A stretch of DNA of 64,000 nt from the NCBI GenBank assembly GCA_964304625.1, contig OZ199838.1:10001741-10065740 (forward strand), read 5' to 3'. This DNA comes from Kudoa neothunni (taxonomy: Eukaryota; Animalia; Cnidaria). The translations under genes and the position numbers were made by a program. Below the pieces are notes generated by a model. The model was not told the origin of the DNA. It worked only from the letters and a program-made list of their open reading frames with translations, and did no database searches. This document shows, one piece after another, positions 52,728 through 64,000 of this stretch. Numbering within the stretch: the first letter of the stretch is position 1; each line of letters starts with the position of its first letter.

Positions 52728-55333
52728 CAATGGTTTTCAACCGGGGTTTCGCGGCAGGAATACATATGAAAATTTTTTATTGGCATCTAAATTTAAATAA
52801 ATATTGCCGATATGTTTGGCGATGTCGAATATGAACAATTTTGTCCATTTTAATTAATTATTATTCTCATAACAAGTACTTAAATTTAGAATAATTTTAA
52901 TAAAGATTTTAAACCTTTTACTTTGTTAAAACCCCACTGAATGCTGTTAGCAGTGCTCCAAGAGTCTAAGTTCGTATTTGAATGCAAAGGCAGAATTTCA
53001 TCAAATTTTGCTATCGTTTCCTCTTTTTTCCTTTTAAAATTTTCTGCATAGCAAACATTTTGCAATATCAAGGATCGTGTTGTTCTGCCACAATTGGAAC
53101 AACAGAAAGTGAACGAGCCATGCTTGCTTTCACTTATGAACAATATCCAAAATGTTATCGCTTCTGATTCATCGCTTTAACATGGAGACAAAAAATATCA
53201 AAATACAGTCGAGATTGGATATTGCATGGGTTTTTTGCCGGTCCCAAAAACCCACGCAATAAAAAGTTTTTACGCAATATCCGGCATCACGCACGCGCAT
53301 CACATTGTAAAATACGATTTTCTTGTGCGTACGTTTGATGATTATTCCTACAAACAAATATTATTAAAACAAAGCTAACGTAGAGTTTAATTAAGGAAGA
53401 ATTATTAAATGTCGTCAAAAAATCTTGTGATTTTTGTATGTCGAAATCTTTCTATTGATATTTTTTAAGTTCTGTTCGTTGTGGGATATTAATCAAACAA
53501 TATTGATGGATCCTTTTTTATATAACTTTCATTAAAATGTTAACCATATTTTTTATTTATTTTATTAAACTTTTGACTTCTTTAATAATTGGTTTGATAT
53601 CATCAGATCAACCATTGTGGGCATTAAGTCCACATGATTTTGATTCTCACATGTTGCAGCATTATCATCATCAAATATATTTTCGTAAACTTCAAATTCA
53701 CTTAATACGATTAATTATGTATACATAAAATATTTCTTTGTGAACTGTTTCTGGCTCGAGATATCTTTCTTAAATCCTCTTGTTTTATAAACTGATTCAA
53801 CTTTTTTATTAGAGTTTTATATATTACTACCAAGCATTTTTGATTTTTAAAACAATTAAATATAATTTCTGGCGAAATAATCTCCCAATGTTTAATTAAT
53901 GGCGTGATTAAGTTTAGTAATGTTTATTTTTCGATGATAAAGCTTCACATAAAACCATATGCTTAGCCAGTGTATTCCTGCCTTATTTTTAATGCATTTT
54001 ATGATGCTTAAATTAAGGTCTGTAGAATATTAGTTGTTTTTATGGTAGCAAAAAATTTCAATATTCTATAAAAACCAATATTTTGTGGATCCAGAGGATA
54101 TTGACCAACAAAATCAAAACTTTTCTATTCTCATTTATCATTCTTTGGTTCAACTTTCTAATTATGTTTATAAATCTACTACACATCATCCGTGTGTTTT
54201 CTGAATAATATTCACGCGGCAGATGTTTAATTCAGTTAAAACATCCAGGATTTTGAAATTTACCAATTAAAACAGATGGGAGTTTACCCCTGTTTAATAA
54301 AAGTGACAGTAAAACATCCATTCTTTTTTTTGATATTTTGTCCCTTATATTCCAACTTCATCCTTTAAAACATATAACTAACGTTTTGTAACTGCTCACA
54401 AAAGAAGGGAAGTTTCATCAATGTTTATAACGTCTTTAGGACCATATGCCTTAACCAAATCAATGCTGTCAACAATCCATGAGCCAATAGACGAAATATC
54501 TGCATTCGCAGCCTCACCATGAAACATTTTGAAAGCTATCCCATATTTTGACGTGGAATCTGAAAAACACCATTAACTAGACTTTAAATTGGAAATTTCT
54601 TGTTTATTTGCAATATATAAAGCAACTTTATAAAAAATAGCTCACATCTATATTTTTAATTTCCACCCAAAATGTGTCTTTCTTTTAGTTTCAATATCCA
54701 TAATGTTGAATTTACCTTCGTGTGAACAAATTCTATCAATTTTTAAATGACCTTAAACGTGACAATGTATTAATATTCAAAATAGATCACCACATCATTC
54801 AACTCAAACTTAGAAATTGTCATTTTCTCACAACTGTCAATATTTTTTATCGAATTATAATAATCAATGATTTCTCTCTTCTCTTAATTATTAAATTTTT
54901 AACGGGAAATAATGAAGAAAACACTTCTATTTTTAAATAGATGAGTTACTAAAACCACGCAATAAAAAGTTTCCTCGCAATAACGAGACTTTATATATAA
55001 GTAATAAATTTTCTTATTTTTTAATGTTAAGGATGTTTACAAAATGATAAAATAATGACAATACAAAAAAACTAGGTTTCTCTCTAAAAAGAATAACGTC
55101 GAAAGTTTTGAATTACGCAATATCCAATCTCGACTGTATTGTAGCTGTAATACGAAGTCACCAACCACAAATATCATATTAGTTTTTATTTATTTTGAAT
55201 ACAGAATGAATTTTGAAAATATCTGATATTTTTTTGGTGAGCGCGCGTGAAAATTTTAAACTTGTATTTAATTTTATTAAGGTTCAATTTTATGTGGGGG
55301 TTTCGAGGTTCCCAAAATGGTTGAAAACCACTG
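52728..55333. mobile_element. hAT (Charlie/Buster-like) element
   Basis: TIRs CAATGGTTTTCAACC / GGTTGAAAACCACTG; 8-bp TSD ATCTACTA / ATCTGCTA (7 of 8). Confidence 0.85.
53206..55136 (-). mobile_element. Decayed pogo/Tigger nested in the hAT element
   Basis: TA|CAGTCGAGATTGGATATTGC ... GCAATATCCAATCTCGACTG|TA; FHGEAANADISSI; same family as 57300-59347. Confidence 0.9.
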
Positions 55334-55341
55334 ATCTGCTA

Positions 55342-56433
55342 TCTTTTATATATATAAAAGCCGAAGCTTCCGTGTCTGTGTGCGTCAGCAAGTACGCAAG
55401 TGCGTCAAAATATTTTCCTTATAGAGATAGAGTGACATTTTTGAAATTTTTTAAAAATCACAATGTCTCCAAAAAGTATTTATGAAATAGTGATTTTGTG
55501 GATTTAAAGTTTATTAAACGGATTACTTTAATTCAACAATAGGATTAGCGCGTGCTTATGTCATGGTTATGGTCGGTTGAAGTTAACTATCACCCTTATA
55601 TGCTCCATCATATGTTCATTAACTGCTTCTATCTATCTTTATATATAAGGTTGGCGTTTCTATTTGGGTGTCTGTTGAAACACACTCCTTATTTACGGAG
55701 TTTTAACGTATATGACTTGATAAGTATATTTTATAAGTTCTATTAATTGTTTTCAATGTGATAAAAAATCTATATATGTTCCATAAATAACGAATTTGTG
55801 GAGAACGTTAAAGTTACATTGATTGAAGCGTTATAATGGAAAATACTGCGTTCATAGGTTTCATTAAATCGTCCGCTAAGTTTTACTTTACATGATTAAA
55901 TTCAATGCGGATGGTTGTACTTTTATTTCACCAAATTATTTAAATTGTTTATGTTTATGCCGAGCTAAACGATGGTAATTTTAGCAATATCGATTAATTT
56001 TCATAAGTTTTCTTTTATCTCTTTTCTTTTTTCTATTTTTTTTCTCTTAAAAAGTTAGTGGTGCGCCCAGTTACCGAGCCTGGCCAGAATTCGACTTTTA
56101 AAAATTCTCTGAGCCAAAAAATAACGTTTTAGATAACACTTTAATGGGATTTAAATAATTCGGATTGAAAAAAATACAACCCTGGCCTTAACTTGTTTAG
56201 CGTTAGTGTCGAGCCACGAAATTTTTAAATGGACGCAGGGATTGATACTTTCCTTCACAGAAATTATCATAATTTAAATTGCACAATCCAAATCGTTATA
56301 GTAAGTTGCTTCAAAATTTTTAGTTATTTTTTTTCTATGGGTTAATTCGAGATTTCAATATATTTTTTGAATGCTATTAAAAAATGCCTCTAGGCGAAAT
56401 CTTCCCCAAGCAACACTGGGCAGTTCGCGCTAG
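55342..56433 (+). mobile_element. Non-autonomous Helitron, copy B
   Basis: A|TCTTTTATATATATAAAAG ... CCCAAGCAACACTGGGCAGTTCGCGCTAG|T; inverted copy of 12980-14110. Confidence 0.85.
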
Positions 56434-56463
56434 TATTTAATATTTATTTGTTATATTTTATAA

Positions 56464-59400
56464 GGAAGTGTCTATTGGCCCGAACAAATTGTTTTTACTT
56501 ATTTAGGGGATTCTTTTTAAATTTTAATGAGTCAAACAATTATTAAAATGGATTATATATTAATGTGAAAAAAATAAAAGAATTTTGTCCTCAGGAATCT
56601 GTGATATAAGGCGTTACTTAGGAAAGACCCATCCTCTTTCATTATTGTAATTTATCGCTGTAAATGCTCTATTTTCTTCATAAACTTGTTTAACATTTGA
56701 ATGAAATGTTTTTATGATTTTTCATCAGTAAGAAATTTATTCGTTCCACGTATCGTGCAATAATAATTTTCTGATATGATATATCCGTGTTATATTCATA
56801 GTTTTTAAATGAACTCACTGTTGTAATCATGTTATTTGGTATTTTCAATATTTTCGAATTGATTTCATCCACATAAATGATTGTTGTAAATCCAAAAACT
56901 CCAAATGGCGTCAAATGTCCTACATTGATATTTTTTATAATATCGGTATAATATCACTCAATTTAAATATATGTTGTGAATATGATTTTTATATTTGAAA
57001 ACGAATCCAATTTATTGATTTATACCTAATTTAATGTCACCTAATCAGGACACTTCGCATACTCCCTTATTTAGACTTTGCATACAAACTGAATTTTGAC
57101 GATACTAGTTGAAATTTAATGTTCTCAATTAAAATATATAGTTGTTATTATCCACTATAACAATTTTATTCATATTTGGAGGATTATTTTCAACGTTTAA
57201 ATATATAACTTTTTATTAGTGATTTTATTCAAAAAATGTTGGACTTAGACTTTTTTCACCAAGCCATGTATCACTCAGATGTTCTCATGAATTCTACTAC
57301 AGTCGAGATTGGATATTGCGTGGGTTTCTGGGACCAACAAAAACCCACGCAATAAAAAATTTTTACGCAATATCCAGACCTTTGCGTGCGCATTGTACTA
57401 TAAAATATGATTTTTTCGTGTTTACGTCCGATGCCAATTAGTGAAAATCAAATTTTTATATATAAATATATTATTTAATTAAATGAAATGTGATTTATCA
57501 AATTTTGTCGAAAAAGCTTGTAATTTTAGTTTGTCGGAATCTTTCTCTTGATATTTTTAAAACTCGGTCCATTATGGGATGTAAATCAAACAATCCCCTC
57601 GGATCCTCTTTAATAAAAGCTGTCCCTCAGAACGTTCACTGCATTTTTCATTTGATTAATTGAAACTTTGATGTCTTCAATGATTGATTCGCTATCGTCA
57701 GATTCGTCACTTATGGGCAATAAGTCCTCATTATTTTCTTCCTCGCATGTTGCTTCATAATCGTCATCAAACATATTTTCTGAATCTTCGATTTCATCTA
57801 GAAAAAATTAATTACGTATACGTTAAATATTACCTTGAGAACAGTTGCTGATTTGAGGTATCTCACTCACATCTTCTTGGTCTATAAACTGATAATAACT
57901 TTATTGTCGTAATTTTATTTAATACCTCCAAATATTTTTGATTTTTTAAAGCAATTAATAATAATTTGCGGCGGAATACTTTCCCAACATTTAGTTAATG
58001 TTATCATTGAGTCAAGCAATGTATATTTTTTTATGATAGAATCTTCGCATAAAACCATTCGCTCGGTCATTGAACTTTTGTACCTGCTTTTAAGGCAGCG
58101 AATGATGCCTAAATCAAGGGGTTGTAAAATACTAGTTGTATTTTTAGGTAAGAACAAAAATTTGATATTTTCAAAGCAATCAATATTTTTTGGATGGCCT
58201 GGGACATTGGTCCAAACAAAATTAAGACTTTTCTATTCTGATTTATCATCCTTCGGTTAAACTTTTTCATTATTTCGATAAATATACTAGAAGTCATCCA
58301 TGCACTTTTTTGTGCATAATATTCACAAGGGAGGTGTTTGACTCTTTTAAAACATCTAGGATTTTGAAATTTCCCGATAACAACTAATGGGAACTTATCC
58401 CCATTTAAAGCTGAGGACAGTAAAACAGTCACCCTTTTTTTGGATAATTTTTTCCCCTTAATCCCGACTTCCTCCTTTAAAACGTAACTACTATTTTGTA
58501 ACTGCTCATAATAAAGAGCAGTTTCGTCGATGTTAATAACGTCTTTTGGATTATATGCTCTAATCAAATCAATGTTCTCAATAATCCATGAGTCGACAGA
58601 TGCAACATCTGCACTCGCAGCCTCGCCATGGAACTTTTTGAAAACTATCCCATATCTTGACTTGAACCCTGCAAGCCATCCCTTGCTGGCTTTAAAATTG
58701 GAAACTTTGTTTTCATTTGCAATATAAGAAGCTTTTTTGATAATGGCATCTCCTGACAGAACGTTACCATTCGACCGTTGTTTAACAAACCAATCATACA
58801 CTTCATCGTCTATATTTTTGAATCTGCCTGCCGAATGTCTCTTCCTTTTACTTTCAATATCTGTATTTTTGAATTTATCTTCGTGCGAAAGAATTCTATC
58901 AAGTGTTGAATGACCTTAAATGTGATTTTACAATACTATTCATTAGAAGACTACTATACCACTCAATTTAAACTTGGAAATTGTCATTGATTTCGCACCC
59001 TTCAACGTTTTTATTGAATTGTAGTAATGGATGATTTCCATTTTCTCTGAAATATTGCGTTGTTCACGGGACATAATGAAAAAACACTATCTGAATTAAA
59101 CCAATTGACCACAAAAAACCACGCAATAACGAGTCACGCTGCGCCTAACAACCACGCAATAAAAAATTTCCACGCAATAACGAGACTTTTTGTATTAATA
59201 AATTTTTTTAAATTTTTTGTTAACAAATATTTTTACATTACAATAAGATAATAACAATTTGAAAAAACTAAATTTCTCTCTTTAAAGGATAACTTTAAAA
59301 ATCTCTAATTACGCAATATCCAGTCACGCAATATCCAATCTCGACTGTATATGACTACATGAATTTTGTAAAATTGATTGAACGTATTTGATAGAAAAAT

Positions 59401-60740
59401 CCATTTAAATTATTGTAACATAATATACCATCTTATGGATGGGTAGAATACATATTCATAATGGTATAAGATATATTTAAATAGCATATGAATTAAAACG
59501 AAAGCTTTTTTATCACAATTTCTCTTACTATCATTCTTCTGTTTTACAATTCATACAACTCTAATATTTTGATGACGGGTTCAGTTTAATATGTTGGCAT
59601 TTAAAATAGCTCGATTGAAGACATATGTCGCAGCCTATAGTCTCATTGTTGATTTCCCATATCTCTAAATATCTTCCTTTTTTAATTGAATTTTTGTAAA
59701 ATTGTAGGCTCTTTGTATGTGATTTACAAGAGTGCTTCATGTTAGACACTTTATTCAATGAAACAAAATTCCCCCTTCTCGTAACATTTTTTCCTTGGAT
59801 TACTTTGGAATTTCCGTCAACTTAAACAAATTGAGCGATAAGATCACTTTCATCCTTTGAAAGTTTATTTCTACAATGCAAAAATTGTGATGGAAAGTTC
59901 ATAGAAACATTGGGCATGCTCTGTAATAAAAATTCGAATTTCTTTTACCAACAGATCGTTTTCTCTAAAATAACGACTGCGTGTTTTCAAACTTGAATGC
60001 ATATACAAAATTTATTTAAATTTTTGAAGAAATTAAGTTTTTTTCGCGATGAACCCAGCAGTATTTTGTATGATAAAACTAAAGTAGTGGATTTAACGTT
60101 TTATTACATCGCTTCTAAGTTCTTTTGATGGTTTAAGAGTCATATATAGATAAACTACCCATGGAGTTTTGTTCATATTACTCTATTTTCAACTTTAACT
60201 CACCAAAAATGCTAAAAGTATTTCCGGTTTGAAAAATCGTATTAAGTTCAGGCAATCCCCATTTCGTAAACACGCGCGTAGGAGTAAAATCAAAATTTTT
60301 CTTTTGCTATAACCAAATATCTTTAAATAAAACAACTATATACTTTATGTTTTTGGTCTGGTGAAAAATCCTACATTTTTTTTACAATAATTTTGTATTA
60401 CAACATTAGGGGATGATTACAATCAAATCAAACGCACGTTACAATAATATTAAAACTATTAAAATAAAAATTTTAGTTACATAGATAGTTAAAAATTAAA
60501 TCAGAACTAAAAATGTTCATTTGAATAAATAAATAACTCATAAACTCAATAAAAAGACTTTTTTACGGTCCATTTAGTCGAAACCATATTACATAATACA
60601 GAATATTTTTAACCGATATAACTCGATAAAAAAATTAAGTAAGCACTTGCAAGTTGTTTTATATCAGACAACACAGATTTATTATAATGAAAAGCTCGAA
60701 AATTAAATAAATCAATTTGTTCGGGCCAATAGACACTGCC
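56464..60740. mobile_element. TIR element with 9-bp TSD (MULE- or Merlin-like)
   Basis: TIRs GG(A/C)AGTGTCTATTGGCCCGAACAAATTG; perfect 9-bp TSD ATTTTATAA (56455-56463, 60741-60749). Confidence 0.85.
57300..59347 (-). mobile_element. Near-intact pogo/Tigger element with intron-containing transposase
   Basis: Perfect 23-bp TIR CAGTCGAGATTGGATATTGCGTG with TA flanks; ATG 59074; intron 58959-58915; KASKGWLAGFKSR, INIDETALYY, LQPLDLGII. Confidence 0.93.
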
Positions 60741-63462
60741 ATTTTATAAACACAAGGCATGCTTGGTTTTTAATAAATAAGAATAAAAATAGTCATTTAC
60801 TTGATGAGCGGTACAGATTAAACAAATTTTCATTATTTTACATGGGGGAAAAATTGATTTGGAGTTCGAACATATTTCTAATACGGATTGTGGTCGAAGT
60901 TCGAGGTTGCACTGCATATATAAGGAAAAGAATATAAACGTAGATAGACCTTAATATTCGAAATCTCCAAATATAATCTCGTCAAGTTAAATTATTGAGT
61001 GCCAATTCTTTGAGATTATATAATTATACCAACAGTAATGTATTGATATTGCGTAATATTTTGGGGCCAGGGAAAATTACACAATAAAAAGGTTTTACGC
61101 TACCTTTAGTCAAGTATACATAGGAAAAATATATTATTATTTTTTTTGAAATTGATAATTTATTTTATGAAATAACGATAATGATTTAAAATGAAATTCC
61201 CAATGTACAGTCAACAATAGTTATTGCGTAGGGTGGATACTGCGCACTTTTTCGATATGGGACATTATTTTATCGTTTCATAAAGTGCAGTTCTGTATCA
61301 TACGTCTCTAAAGCCGTTAAGGAAACATTTGGGATTATTTATTAATTTTTTTTATAAATATTGGAAAATGGATATTGCGCATTAAATTTAGTCACCATGA
61401 AATTTAACAATATCTCAAAATCGAAATGTATTGTCATTATTTGATGGTTTTTATTTTAAAGAAGTAGAGCGAAATTAAACGTTGATGTCAAAGTTTTTCT
61501 ATTTTTCTATTAATAAAAATAATTCAGGGTTAATTCATTAAACAACAAAAGTTGAATTAATAGTCAACGCAGAAAAAAAGGGAATATTTTATAATTATAA
61601 ATTTTATCCACGTGCATAAATATAGTAGTATCTTGGTTTTATTACAGGATGACATGACGTTCTTTCAAACTGAGTAGATTCGTTGATTTTAAACTATGTG
61701 TGGTTGTTGTACATAAATAAAAAAACTATGGATTTAATTACTGAATACAAATAGACCTCTTTTGTACATATATCCCTGAGAGCCTAATGTCAGTGATCAA
61801 ATAGATAATAAATCAAATATACGTGATCCGATAGAATCTTGGAGGAATACGACCTATGACAATCAATTATAACAAAATAATTAATTTTTGCTTTCTTTTG
61901 GTTTAATGAATCAATTAAAATCAATAATTATTGATTAATAATAAACTAAAATATCTATCTTCTATAATTTTCAAGAAACGTGTATAATGGTTCGGATGGA
62001 TTAACTCATTCATTAAATCTTATATGAAATGTTAAAATGATGTAATAAACAAATAATTTGTACGTATAACATGTTTGAAAATAATCATACACTACATTAA
62101 TCTCGAAACATTATTAAGTTATGCTTGATGTCTGCGCAATCTAATGGTTATATGAATGTTTTTTTGCTGTTTACATGTGTCTTTATATATAAAAAGAAGA
62201 AAAATTATTATAGGAGATGAATGATTTTGTTATAATTGCACAAATTCATGCAATATTGCTCTTCTGAAAATAAATATTTTATTTTGTATTCCTGAAATCT
62301 AATATTTTAATTTTACGTAACTTTGAATATAAAATTTATATTTAGATGTTGTACTGCAAATGAGTTTGTTGGTCATTATGATAAAAATTAGTAATTTCGA
62401 AAAAGTTAAATAATTATGTTAAACATGTTTTTAATTTTTTTTTATTATAAATGACGTATAAATTTGTATTATTATTACTATGTGGGGAATAATGGTTTAA
62501 AAAATCCGGTGGTAAATACTTCCATTATTAATTTAATACTTTTTATACTCAGAAAGAGAAAACCGCTAAAAAAATTCATAAACTAAAACATCACTATCGA
62601 TTATTGAAAATGGTGTTTAATTGTAAGAATTTTCAAATTTTAATAGTGTAATTAAAATTGTTTTGAAATACCGAAAAAATACCTATAATTATAAATGATA
62701 AGTATTAAAAGCGAATAATATATTGGAAAAAATTGCATGTATTAGATTTAATTATTGTGGTTTTTTTGTCACAATTAAAAATTAACATTTTTAAACCCGG
62801 TTTTTATAAAAATATTTTATTACGTTCTTCAACTGTATTAGAATCTAATTGCATCATTGTTAAAATATTCAAATGAATATAGAGATAGACGATTATATAA
62901 GATGAAACCACGAATTTAAAAATTAAATTAAACGTAAAATAACAACTTAATTCTTAACACGCCGCGCACCCCATGTATGCCATGATTCTTACGTATATCA
63001 TTTGCTTTTTCGTACTCAATCGAACCTTGGTAAATCCAAATTTGTTTATAATTTAATTCCAAAAATTAGTTTTAAAAGAAAAACTTATCGCCATTAATTC
63101 GAAGGAACGCCTTTCTAGATAAACAAGACGATCAAGTTTACCTCTAATTCTCAACTTTTAAAGTTTTAATAAATCCAACAAGGTGGTTGTATCATTATTA
63201 ATAAGTTAGATCATGCGAAACATGCGAAATTATAGAATCTGGTTTGTATGCTTACCGGGATTTTCAATAAAAACCGGAATACCTTAACTTGAGATTAATG
63301 GCAATTTTTTCTTGTTATTTAATAACGTTAGATAAACAAAGAGAATTTTATATGTATAAATACTAAATATTAATATTCTTTTAATCTAATTAGGGTTGAT
63401 ATCCACATGAGAAAAATCTTGATCAAAGAATGTCTCCGAATGCTGAAAATAACCCATTAGAT

Positions 63463-63540
63463 CAGTGTTTCCCTACAAATTTTCCATCCGTACCCCATCC
63501 TAATTTCCGCGTTCACTTTGCACCCCCTCCTCCATGTGAA
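63463..63540 (+). mobile_element. hAT-Charlie-like MITE left end
   Basis: CAGTGTTTCCC followed by CGTACCCC/GCACCCCCT subterminal motifs; no partner end seen in the window. Confidence 0.4.
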
Positions 63541-64000
63541 TGTCAAGACCCAATTATACTTTTTATTTAAATACGAAAATAATAATACCAATGAAAAATG
63601 TCTTAAAATTTTTATTATTTTTGTTTATATTTTAACTTCAAATTTCCGCATTTACTTCTAAAATAAATCAAAACCAAAATGTTTTGGTTAACTCAATTTG
63701 CAATGTATAATTGAAATAGGATGAACATTATCCTTTCACCACTCACGACTTAACTAACACTCAATGATTGGAGTTATTATTCATTCCTGCTTACATATTC
63801 CACTTTTATGTAAAGCAATAAATAATTATAATGAATTATGTTATTATAATTAATCCTAAGTATTAGACGCAAAAAATAAATAAAAGAGTAATACTAAACT
63901 ATATAAAGTATAATCGCTTAATAAGTTCTGTACTTAAAGGTGAAAGTTAAAAAAGTCAGATAAAGATAGCTAATTCGTATAGTTCACAAGAAACATTATT

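Noticed and set aside
1-64000. CRISPR array, rRNA, intact tRNA or prokaryotic operon
   Set aside because: No regularly spaced repeats or conserved rRNA motifs seen; spliceosomal introns and histones indicate eukaryotic DNA.

Overview
Very AT-rich eukaryotic (animal-like) genomic DNA. Most introns are ~35-60 nt GT-AG and decayed transposons are dense; a compact-intron parasite genome such as a myxozoan is plausible but is inference only. Host genes: two H2A.X-type histone genes (C-terminal SQEV), a secreted five-domain Kunitz protein, DcpS, MSH2 and TBCK head-to-head on a 141-bp spacer, and a TSSK/CAMK-like kinase. Much of the remainder resolves into nested DNA transposons, several with exact ends given by TIRs and target-site duplications: a Merlin inside a piggyBac, a MULE/SWIM inside a second Merlin, a pogo inside a hAT that abuts a Helitron 5' end, and a near-intact intron-bearing pogo inside a 9-bp-TSD element. 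Non-autonomous Helitrons, Tc1/IS630 and Gypsy remnants are also present. Most notable: H2A.X duplicates with near-identical CDS but diverged flanks and a shared promoter motif; a penta-Kunitz protein with four domains lacking the C2-C4 disulfide and two stop-free 3n introns; and a DcpS with an altered HIT triad. Several frameshifts are +1 insertions in short runs and may be sequencing errors. All alignments and translations were done by eye.
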